Source of the DNA: Gammaproteobacteria bacterium
GTDB lineage: Bacteria; Pseudomonadota; Gammaproteobacteria; Poriferisulfidales; GCA-002705445
Assembly: GCA_964203715.1 (NCBI GenBank)
Contig: CAXNNI010000001.1
Coordinates: 1-26,143, forward strand
Direction: 5' to 3'
DNA: 26,143 bases
Made by a program: the position numbers and the translations under genes. This document shows positions 18,181 to 26,143 of this stretch, piece after piece. Each line of letters opens with the position of its first letter. Position 1 is the first letter of the stretch. A model generated the notes under the pieces. That model worked only from the letters and a program-made list of their open reading frames with translations. It searched no databases and was not told where the DNA came from.

Positions 18181-18816
18181 TTATTTAGACTGAATCTCTA
18201 GATTTTTTAAAGATTCAGTTTCTAATCTTTTTACTACAGACTCAATACCTTTTTCATCAATCTCTGGCATTAAAGTATTGCGCAAACTTTTAACTAATCT
18301 TACGCCATCTGCCGCTACTTCAATAATTTTCCACTGATCTGAAGTATATTTCATGATATATTGAACTTGATATGGTGGCTTGCCCTTATCCATGAAAAGC
18401 TCGGTAGTCACTACGTGATATTGATTTACTTCTTCAGAGCGAATTATTTTAATTTTTACTTTTGAATAATCTAAAATTGATTTTGAATATATTTTTATTA
18501 ATTGATTTTTTAATACTACTTTAAATCTATATTTTAAATCATCTGACGTCTCTTCATATTTTTTATTTCCAATTATCAATTTTAAAATACTATCAAAATC
18601 AATTAATGGAGATAAAGTTTTATCAACTTTTTTATAGAAACCATCAAGATTTTTTTGATAGAGCTGTTTATTTATTTCGATATCAGAAAATAATTCGTTT
18701 GCTTTTACTAAAATTATATTCTCAGGCTTTTCTTTATTCGCAAAAGAATCTTTACTACATAAAAACATTAATGGTAAAACTATTACTAATAAACTAAATG
18801 TATTAAATTTTTTCAT
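18181..18816 (-). CDS. mlaC: MlaC/Ttg2D-family periplasmic lipid-binding protein
   Basis: Signal peptide, SPLIDFDSI, RF…L…Y, WKIIEVAADGVRLVKSLR and GIESVVKRL. It lies upstream of murA as in the ttg2/mla locus. Confidence 0.85.
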   Translation of the reverse strand: MKKFNTFSLLVIVLPLMFLCSKDSFANKEKPENIILVKANELFSDIEINKQLYQKNLDGFYKKVDKTLSPLIDFDSILKLIIGNKKYEETSDDLKYRFKVVLKNQLIKIYSKSILDYSKVKIKIIRSEEVNQYHVVTTELFMDKGKPPYQVQYIMKYTSDQWKIIEVAADGVRLVKSLRNTLMPEIDEKGIESVVKRLETESLKNLEIQSK

Positions 18817-18857
18817 AAACTATAAATTCCGAAAATTACAATATTTATTAAAAACAC

Positions 18858-21359
18858 TTATGTATTGCCCCCTAAAGGTTTAAATTTTAATATTAACGCA
18901 GGTAATAAAGTTAATGAAGCAACAAGTGCAGCTAGCATTGCTAATCCTGTTAATAGTCCAAAATAAATTGTTGGTATAAAATTTGATAACCCCAAAATTG
19001 AAAAACCTAAAATAACTATTAATGATGTATAATACATGGCTTTGCCGATACTTTCATGACTTATTCGAACAGATTCTAAATAATTTTTATTTATCGCAAA
19101 CTCTCTTTTAAATCTGGTAATGTAATGAATTGTATTATCTACTGCAATTCCAACGCTTATAGCAGCTATCGTTATCGTCATTAAATCTAAAGGTATAGAC
19201 TTAAATCCCATAAAACCCAAAACTAAAATTACTGGAAGAATATTTGGAATAATTGCTATGACAGCCAAAGAAAAGGACCTAAATAAGATAATAAACATGA
19301 ACATTATTGATATAAATACAAATCCAATAGTCTGAATTTGCGATGCATATAGGCTTTGAAGCATATTATTATATAAAACAAGCATATTAGTAGTATAAAA
19401 CCTTTCTTTTGGATACTTCATTTCATTAGATAAAAAATTTTCAACTCTTTGAATAAACTCTTTTCTATTTAATTTTTTATTGGAATCTATAACTCTTAAA
19501 GTTAACCTTGTTTGACTTTCATCATCAGATAAATATGGATGTAATAAAATTTTCTTTACTTCTTCTGATAAAGAACTTTTAATTGCTCCAACTTGTATAT
19601 CTGACAAAGGTTGATTATTATTTAATCCAATTGCAAGTTTATACAAAGTTGCTAATGATAAAACTTTTCCAACCTCTGGTTGAGCTTCTAAAAATTCATG
19701 AATTTTTACTATTTCTTTAAGCTTAGATTTATTGAGCCAATATCCTTTAAAATCTTCTTCAGTTTCACCAAATAATAGTGATAAATCTTCAAACTCAGAA
19801 TTATCACCATTTTTGTCTATTATTTTTTCAAACTTTTCAGCTTGCTTATTAATCACAATATCAAAAGGCGTTGTTCCACCAAGTTTCTTGTCAATTTCTA
19901 GCATACCTTGGTGAATTTCTGTATTAGCTTTAAAGTAATCAATAAATCTATTTTCAACTGTAATTTTTGAGATACCATACATACTAAAAAGAAAAATCAC
20001 AAAACAACTCACAATAATCTTTGAATAATGTTTTATTGAAAATTCAGCAAATTTTTTTGTAATTTTTTTTGTTAAATCACTTTTTTTTATAATAATATCA
20101 TTTGACAGTACCATTAAAATTGTTGGAAAAAGTATAAAAGTTATAATAAATGCAACGAGAATTCCAACTATTATCATATTACCAAAGTCTATAACAGGCC
20201 TGATACAGCTGACTACTAGTGAAGCAAAACCAACAAGTGTAGTTAATGTAGTATACACGCAAGGAACAAACATGTAATGAACGACTTCCTTTATAACATT
20301 TTTTTTATCCCTATCTATATTTTCTGCATGTAATTCCCTATACCGAACTGCTAAATGAATAGTCATAGACATAGTTATTATTAGAAGCAGTGCAGCATAA
20401 TTAGACGAAATAACTGTAACTCTCCAGTCTAAAAAACCAAATAATCCAGTAACAAAAATAACCGATATAATGCAAATAAATAGTGGAATAAAAACCCATC
20501 TAATACTTTTAAAAATTATAAATAAAATTAAAATTAAAAAAATAAAAACTCCAATTCCAAATTTTAAAACATCTTGTTCAATAAAATCCGTCATATCAGA
20601 CGTAATCATAGGAACTCCGCCTAAAAACATAGAAGCACTTTTTTTATACTTACTTATAACTTCTCTAATATTTTTTATAATTTTTTTTTCTTTAGTAGCG
20701 TGTTCCGTACTATAATTTTTAAAATCTACTTCTAACTTTTTTAAAGAAATTATTTCTTGCTTAGTTAAATCTCTAGAAAGAGAAATTTCTCTTAAACTAT
20801 TTCTTTGATTTAGTAATTCAAAAAACTTTTTATCTTTTAAAAAATTTATAATGATGATTGTTGTAGTCGAATCTTTACTCATTAAAAGATCTTTATAAAG
20901 AGGACTTGTTAGAAATTCTTTTTTCACTAAATCATAATCAATATTATCGGACCTTAATGTTCTTGGCTTGCTAGAAAGTTCAGAAAGACTAACTTTTGGA
21001 CTATTTAATAATGGCACGTCTAAAATAGATAAAACACTGCTTATGCCGGGAATATTATCTTTTAAATCCTTAGAAAGGACATCTATTAAATTTAGTGTTT
21101 TTTGATTATATATACCATCTTTTGGCTTAAATGTTATAACCACAAAATCTTCTGCGCCATATCTAGCGCTTGTAGCTCTATGATGTTTAAGTGCAAGATC
21201 GTTCTCTAATACTAAAGAATCAGCAGAAGCATCCATTTTGAAATTTTTGATGCCTATAGAAAACAATATTGTAATAAATAATAATGCAATAATTGATAGA
21301 TATGGTTTTTCAATAATTAAAAAATCATAATACTTTATTATTGCTGAAGTTATTTTCAT
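18858..21359 (-). CDS. MMPL/RND-superfamily transporter (HpnN/YdfJ-like), 833 aa
   Basis: Two repeats of 1 TM + periplasmic domain + 5 TM. Motifs include LGGVPMITSDM, TTLVGFASL, GGTTPFDIV, V.SLAT, GIAVDNTIHY..RF and ILGFSIL..SNF.PT. Confidence 0.9.
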   Translation of the reverse strand: MKITSAIIKYYDFLIIEKPYLSIIALLFITILFSIGIKNFKMDASADSLVLENDLALKHHRATSARYGAEDFVVITFKPKDGIYNQKTLNLIDVLSKDLKDNIPGISSVLSILDVPLLNSPKVSLSELSSKPRTLRSDNIDYDLVKKEFLTSPLYKDLLMSKDSTTTIIIINFLKDKKFFELLNQRNSLREISLSRDLTKQEIISLKKLEVDFKNYSTEHATKEKKIIKNIREVISKYKKSASMFLGGVPMITSDMTDFIEQDVLKFGIGVFIFLILILFIIFKSIRWVFIPLFICIISVIFVTGLFGFLDWRVTVISSNYAALLLIITMSMTIHLAVRYRELHAENIDRDKKNVIKEVVHYMFVPCVYTTLTTLVGFASLVVSCIRPVIDFGNMIIVGILVAFIITFILFPTILMVLSNDIIIKKSDLTKKITKKFAEFSIKHYSKIIVSCFVIFLFSMYGISKITVENRFIDYFKANTEIHQGMLEIDKKLGGTTPFDIVINKQAEKFEKIIDKNGDNSEFEDLSLLFGETEEDFKGYWLNKSKLKEIVKIHEFLEAQPEVGKVLSLATLYKLAIGLNNNQPLSDIQVGAIKSSLSEEVKKILLHPYLSDDESQTRLTLRVIDSNKKLNRKEFIQRVENFLSNEMKYPKERFYTTNMLVLYNNMLQSLYASQIQTIGFVFISIMFMFIILFRSFSLAVIAIIPNILPVILVLGFMGFKSIPLDLMTITIAAISVGIAVDNTIHYITRFKREFAINKNYLESVRISHESIGKAMYYTSLIVILGFSILGLSNFIPTIYFGLLTGLAMLAALVASLTLLPALILKFKPLGGNT

Positions 21360-21406
21360 AGATTTTTTCCTAAACCACTAAAGAAACAAGAATTATACTA
21401 CATACG

Positions 21407-21434
21407 TATTGTTTTTATACATATTGTTTTTATA
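21407..21434. repeat. 13-bp perfect direct repeat TATTGTTTTTATA x2 (15-bp period)
   Basis: Copies at 21407-21419 and 21422-21434, in the divergent MMPL/kdsD intergenic region. Confidence 0.8.
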
Positions 21435-21443
21435 ACAGTAATT

Positions 21444-21478
<35 letters not shown>

Positions 21479-21532
21479 GATATAACTTATAAAATATTAT
21501 ATAATAAGTTAAAATTTTTTATTAAAAAAAAT

Positions 21533-22513
21533 ATGCCAAATTTTCTTCAAAGTGATGTCCTTAATATTGCAATACAAGTAATAACAGCTGAGGTTGCTTC
21601 TATAAATAACCTCAAAAAAAATTTAGATAAAAATCTATATTTTATTTGTAAAGAAATATACAACTGTAAAGGAAAATTAGTAGTTATTGGGGTAGGCAAA
21701 TCAGGTCATATTGGAAATAAAATTTCAGCAACTTTTTCAAGTACCGGCACACCCTCATTTTTTATGCACCCTAGCGAAGCTATGCATGGAGACTTAGGTG
21801 CAATATCAAAAAAAGATTTAATACTTTTACTGTCCTACTCAGGGAGTTCAAATGAAATCATTTCAATATTACCGAGCTTAAAAAAAATTGGCTGTAAAAT
21901 TTTAAGCATATGCGGTAATTCTAAATCACAAATATATGAGCAGTCAGATATTTCTATTAACATTAATGTAAAAAAAGAAGCATGTTTATTAAATCTTGCG
22001 CCAACTTCTAGCACAACTGTTATGTTAATAATTGGAGATATAATTGCAATTATTTTAATGAAAATAAGAAATTTTAGCTCTGAAAATTTTAGCAATAATC
22101 ATCCGGGCGGACGCCTAGGCAAAAACTTAAGTTTAAGAATTAAAGACATAATGAAAAAAGGAAATAAAATTCCAGTAATTAAAAGTGAAAAAAAACTTAA
22201 GGATGCATTAATAGAGATGACAAAGAAAAATTTAGGCTGCGTTATAATTTCAAATCAAAATAATAATCCTATAGGTTTTTTTACTGATGGTGATTTAAGA
22301 AGATCAATATATAAATATTTTGATATCCATAAAACATCTATTAATGAAATTATGACAAAAAGTTTTTTTTCATGCAAAGAAAATGATTTTGCAATAAATA
22401 TCTTAAATGTCATGAGAAAAAATAAAATAAATTCTATGCCCGTTTTAAATACTAAAAATAAAATTATTGGCGTAATAAATATACATTTATTAATAGACTC
22501 TGGAATAAATTAA
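21533..22513 (+). CDS. kdsD: Arabinose-5-phosphate isomerase (KdsD/KpsF/GutQ; SIS + 2 CBS)
   Basis: GVGKSGHIG, STGTPSFFMHPSEAMHGDLG, LAPTSSTT, HPGGRLG and FTDGDLRR. It lies upstream of lptCAB. Confidence 0.95.
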   Translation: MPNFLQSDVLNIAIQVITAEVASINNLKKNLDKNLYFICKEIYNCKGKLVVIGVGKSGHIGNKISATFSSTGTPSFFMHPSEAMHGDLGAISKKDLILLLSYSGSSNEIISILPSLKKIGCKILSICGNSKSQIYEQSDISININVKKEACLLNLAPTSSTTVMLIIGDIIAIILMKIRNFSSENFSNNHPGGRLGKNLSLRIKDIMKKGNKIPVIKSEKKLKDALIEMTKKNLGCVIISNQNNNPIGFFTDGDLRRSIYKYFDIHKTSINEIMTKSFFSCKENDFAINILNVMRKNKINSMPVLNTKNKIIGVINIHLLIDSGIN

Positions 22514-22516
22514 GTT

Positions 22517-23083
22517 ATGAATTATGTGACGAAGAATTTTTATACGATATTTGTGATTGTTATTGGATTTATTTTAATATTATTTATTAATAATAAAGCT
22601 GAAAATGTTTTAGATATAAATAAAATAGATATTAAAACTGTACCTGATAATTTTTTTAATAAGGTAAAGTATGTTGCAATGGACTTTAAAGGGAACTTTT
22701 TATACAAAATTACTAGTCCTACAATGAAACAATTTTATGAAAGTGAAATTATAGAAACTGAAAAACCCAATATTTTACTATTCCGAAAAGATATGCCCCC
22801 TATAAAAGTCACATCTAATTTCGCATCAATAGAATACAAGAAGCATAATATTAAATTAAGTGGAGATGTAAAAATGTACTTTCAAAAAAAACTTAGTGAG
22901 CCATCTTTATTGTTAAATACAGATAATATATATATACGTCTTGATCAGCAATTAGCAGAAACTGACTCGATTGTTCATATAAATAAAGGAGACTCATACC
23001 TAAATGGAAAAGGAATGAAATGTAACCTGACTCTTGGTGAGTTTACAATTTTTAAAGATACTAGAGGTAAATATGTTCAATAA
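22517..23083 (+). CDS. lptC: LPS export protein LptC
   Basis: N-terminal TM followed by a beta-jellyroll-like region (IKLSGDV, LNTDNIYI, AETDSIVHI, GKGMKCNL). Position before lptA-lptB. Confidence 0.85.
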   Translation: MNYVTKNFYTIFVIVIGFILILFINNKAENVLDINKIDIKTVPDNFFNKVKYVAMDFKGNFLYKITSPTMKQFYESEIIETEKPNILLFRKDMPPIKVTSNFASIEYKKHNIKLSGDVKMYFQKKLSEPSLLLNTDNIYIRLDQQLAETDSIVHINKGDSYLNGKGMKCNLTLGEFTIFKDTRGKYVQ

Positions 23084-23567
23084 AAATTATTTTTTATTAT
23101 TTTTTATAATTACTATAAGCTCCATAACATTTTCATATGATAATGATAAAGATAAACCAATTTTTTTAGAATCAAATTCTGCAAAATGGGATGAAACTTC
23201 TCAAAAAAGCACATACGTCGGCAATGTCACAGTAACGCAAGGCAGTATTCTTATGAAAGGGAACTTATTAATTGTAACCTCAAAAAATAATAAAATAGAT
23301 GAAATGCTAATTTCAGGAGACAAATCTACCTATACGCAAACGACTAGAACTGGAAAAATAGTTTACGGAGAAGCAAAAAAAATACAATATGACATTGAAA
23401 AGTCTACAATAACTTTTCTAGATGAAGCTGAATTAGTACAATCAAATAATACTATAAAAAGTAATAAAATAATTTATAAAACTGATAAAGAAAATATCAT
23501 AGCTGGCGATAACGATGGTAAATCGAGAGTTAAAATGATACTTGAACCAAAAAAAAATAATGAATAA
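23073..23567 (+). CDS. lptA: Periplasmic LPS transport protein LptA
   Basis: The start is moved to ATG 23073, with GAGG upstream. Signal peptide, DKDKPIFLES, YVGNVTVTQG, GEAKKIQY, AELVQ..N and RVKMILEP. Confidence 0.92.
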   Translation: MFNKNYFLLFFIITISSITFSYDNDKDKPIFLESNSAKWDETSQKSTYVGNVTVTQGSILMKGNLLIVTSKNNKIDEMLISGDKSTYTQTTRTGKIVYGEAKKIQYDIEKSTITFLDEAELVQSNNTIKSNKIIYKTDKENIIAGDNDGKSRVKMILEPKKNNE

Positions 23568-24285
23568 GTTAAATATTAATAAAATATCAAAAAATTATAG
23601 TGGTACAGAAATTGTTTCTAATGTATCTATAGAAATAAATACTGGAGAAATTGTTGGGTTACTTGGCCCAAATGGAGCTGGGAAAACTACGTGCTTTTAT
23701 ATAATAACAGGGCTAATAAAACCAGAATCTGGAGAAATTTATGTAAATGAAAAAAACATAACTGATTTTACAATTGATGAACGTGCAAATTTAGGTATTG
23801 GCTACCTTGCTCAAGAACCCTCTATATTTCGCGGATTAAGTGTAAAAGATAATATTTTTTCTATCTTAGAATTAAGAAATGATATGAATTTGCAAGAAAA
23901 AAAAGATAAATTAAATGACTTGTTAAAAAAATTTAATATTGAGCATTTACAGAATAGTTTGGGTGTAAGCTTATCAGGAGGAGAAAGAAGAAGAGCGGAA
24001 ATTGCACGTGCACTTGCCTCTAATCCAAAATTTATATTATTAGACGAGCCATTTTCTGGAATAGACCCCATTTCAGTTATAGATATCCAAGAAATCATTA
24101 AAGAATTAAAAAAAAATAATATTGGAATACTCATCACTGATCACAATGTTAGAGAAACACTAAAAATTTGCGACAGATCCTATATATTAAGTAATAGTAA
24201 AATAATAGCTGAAGGAAAATCTATTGATATTTTAAAAAACAAAAAAGTTCAAGAAGTCTATTTAGGAGAAAATTTTAAAATTTAA
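23560..24285 (+). CDS. lptB: LPS export ABC ATPase LptB
   Basis: GLLGPNGAGKTT, GIGYLAQEPSIFRGLSV, LSGGERRRAEIARALA, LLDEPFSGIDPISV, ITDHNVRETL and YLGENF. The start is set at ATG 23560. Confidence 0.98.
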   Translation: MNKLNINKISKNYSGTEIVSNVSIEINTGEIVGLLGPNGAGKTTCFYIITGLIKPESGEIYVNEKNITDFTIDERANLGIGYLAQEPSIFRGLSVKDNIFSILELRNDMNLQEKKDKLNDLLKKFNIEHLQNSLGVSLSGGERRRAEIARALASNPKFILLDEPFSGIDPISVIDIQEIIKELKKNNIGILITDHNVRETLKICDRSYILSNSKIIAEGKSIDILKNKKVQEVYLGENFKI

Positions 24286-24307
24286 AAATTTAAAAAATAA
24301 TAAAAAA

Positions 24308-25666
24308 ATGAAACTTAATTTATCTTTAAAACAATTACCTAAGCAAGTAATGACACTTCAATTACAAGCTGCAATAAGACTTCTGCAATTATCAGCTACT
24401 GATCTTAATCAAGAAATACAAAATATCTTTGAAACTAATCCTTTGATAGAAAAAGAAGAACCCTGCGAAGAATATGAAGATGATAATTGTCATTCTCACT
24501 ACGCACATTATAAAGGAAGTTATTTATCAGAAAATAAAAACGTTAACTCAACCTCTGAAATAATAGAAAGAACCACATCTGAAGAAGATAATTTAAAAAA
24601 ATATTTACTTTGGCAACTACATCTTTTAAATATATCTTCAAAAGATATGTCCATAGCAGAAACAATAATAGATTATGTTAATAATGATGGTTATTTAATT
24701 ATAAAGACTTTTGAATTATTTGACGAGATTTACAAGAATTCAGATATTACAATTGATGAATTTATTGCTGTAAAACATTTGCTTCAAAATTTTGATCCTG
24801 TTGGAACATGTGTTGATGGTATTCAAGAATCTCTGCTAGTACAAATAAAAAATAGTTACGAAAATAATGATATAAAAAGTAAAGCTTTAAGAATGATAAA
24901 TGAATATTTTCAGGAATATACTCAAAAGGACTTTCATACCATTGAAAAAAACTTAAAGTTAAATAAAAATGAAATTTTATTAATAGATCAACTTATAAAA
25001 AAACAAAAGCCAAGACCAGGCAGTTGTTTCTTAGAAAAAAAAAATTATACTTACATAATACCAGATGTACTAATTTCTAAAAAAAATGATAATTGGGTAA
25101 TAAAGTCAAATAAATTAATTTCCCCAGATATAAGAATAAACGAAAAATACACTAATATAAAAAAAAATATAACTATTAATGAAAAAGAATATATTAAAAA
25201 AAATTTACAAGAAGCAAAATTTTTTATAAAAAATATTAAATATAGAAATGATACTTTATTGATGCTGTCTGAATCTATTTTTAAAAAACAAATAAGTTTT
25301 TTTGAAAATGGTGTAGATTATTTATTACCAATGAATCTTAAAGAAATCGCAGCTGACTTGAAGTTAAATGAATCTACTATCTCTAGACTCACAACAAACA
25401 AATATGTTGAAACTCCACACGGAGTTCTTGAATTAAAATTCTTTTTTTCAAGCCATATTAAGAATCAAGAAGGTAATAATATTTCATCAAAATCAATTAA
25501 GCATAAAATAAAAAATATTATTTCTTCGGAAAATAAATCAAAACCTTATAATGACAGTCAAATAGTAAATATGCTTGCTAAAGAAAATATTCTTATTGCA
25601 AGAAGAACTGTTGCTAAATATAGAACGTCTCTAGGCTTTAATTCTTCGTCAAAAAGAAAAAACTAA
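24308..25666 (+). CDS. rpoN: RNA polymerase sigma-54 factor
   Basis: Region I LQLQAAIRLLQLS..DL, NPLIE, QNFDPVG, PMNLKEIA..L.LNESTISR, ELKFFFS and the RpoN box ARRTVAKYR. Confidence 0.98.
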   Translation: MKLNLSLKQLPKQVMTLQLQAAIRLLQLSATDLNQEIQNIFETNPLIEKEEPCEEYEDDNCHSHYAHYKGSYLSENKNVNSTSEIIERTTSEEDNLKKYLLWQLHLLNISSKDMSIAETIIDYVNNDGYLIIKTFELFDEIYKNSDITIDEFIAVKHLLQNFDPVGTCVDGIQESLLVQIKNSYENNDIKSKALRMINEYFQEYTQKDFHTIEKNLKLNKNEILLIDQLIKKQKPRPGSCFLEKKNYTYIIPDVLISKKNDNWVIKSNKLISPDIRINEKYTNIKKNITINEKEYIKKNLQEAKFFIKNIKYRNDTLLMLSESIFKKQISFFENGVDYLLPMNLKEIAADLKLNESTISRLTTNKYVETPHGVLELKFFFSSHIKNQEGNNISSKSIKHKIKNIISSENKSKPYNDSQIVNMLAKENILIARRTVAKYRTSLGFNSSSKRKN

Positions 25667-25732
25667 TTAGTGTTTTATCAAAAAGTTGCTAAACTAAAAT
25701 AATTAATTAATCAAAGAATTGAACTATTTTTA

Positions 25733-26143
25733 ATGTCAACAAAAAATCAAATTAATAAACTTAATACAATTACTGAATTTCTAAATTCTGGGACTATGCT
25801 GGCTGCAAAAATGATTCTAAATGGTCTTCACCCTTCTGAAATTGCTCGTCTATTAGAAAGTTCACCCATAAAGCAAAGAAGATTAATTTGGGAAATGCTA
25901 GATCATGCTAATGATGGTGAAGTTTTATTAGAAGTTGGAGAGGAAGTTAGAAAAAATTTAATGGAACTTATGAACGAAGAATCACTTTTGGCTGCTTCGG
26001 AAACCTTAGATATTGATGATCTTGCTGATCTTCTTGATGAACTGCCTAAAACAGTAGTTCAGCAAGTTTTAAAAGGAATGGATTATCAATACAGGACTAG
26101 ATTAGAAAGCGCTATGAATTATGACGAAGATAGTGCTGGCGGT
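25733..26143 (+). CDS. mgtE: Magnesium transporter MgtE, N-terminal cytosolic part (runs off the window edge)
   Basis: Not in the ORF track. Hand translation MSTKNQINKL…LHPSEIARLLESSP…IWEML…GEVLLEVGEEVR…LDIDDLADLLDELP…NYDEDSAGG matches the MgtE N-domain pattern (HPxxIA, Y.EDSAGG). Confidence 0.92.
   Translation, partial: MSTKNQINKLNTITEFLNSGTMLAAKMILNGLHPSEIARLLESSPIKQRRLIWEMLDHANDGEVLLEVGEEVRKNLMELMNEESLLAASETLDIDDLADLLDELPKTVVQQVLKGMDYQYRTRLESAMNYDEDSAGG

Overview
A very AT-rich (roughly one-quarter GC by eye), densely packed core-chromosome segment from a streamlined gammaproteobacterium-like organism. It uses the standard code: TGA serves as stop at several ATGA overlaps. The backbone follows the gene order I recall for Pseudomonas/Chromatiales-type genomes: dcw cluster (mraZ-rsmH-ftsL-ftsI...murE-murF), rnpB, rsmI, sspA, petABC, hisC-hisD-hisG-murA, mla locus, kdsD-lptCAB-rpoN, mgtE. 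Several slots are edited. (1) ftsZ and an unannotated 45-aa entericidin-like lipoprotein gene sit between ftsI and murE. (2) The lpoA-yraN-gmhA/diaA-dolP slot holds a 34-codon lipobox stub and a stand-alone GlcD-like FAD oxidase. (3) A DAHP synthase gene lies inside the his operon. (4) An MMPL/RND transporter stands where mlaFED normally precede mlaC, with mlaB and ibaG also absent. (5) A (TAA)11 microsatellite and a 13-bp direct repeat lie in the divergent MMPL/kdsD promoter region. (6) sspB, kdsC and hpf-ptsN-rapZ-npr are missing from their usual positions. No mobile elements, CRISPR arrays, tRNAs or rRNAs were seen. The best candidate for an under-described system is the MMPL+MlaC lipid-transport pair. 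All gene calls rest on motif recognition and remembered synteny, not database searches.
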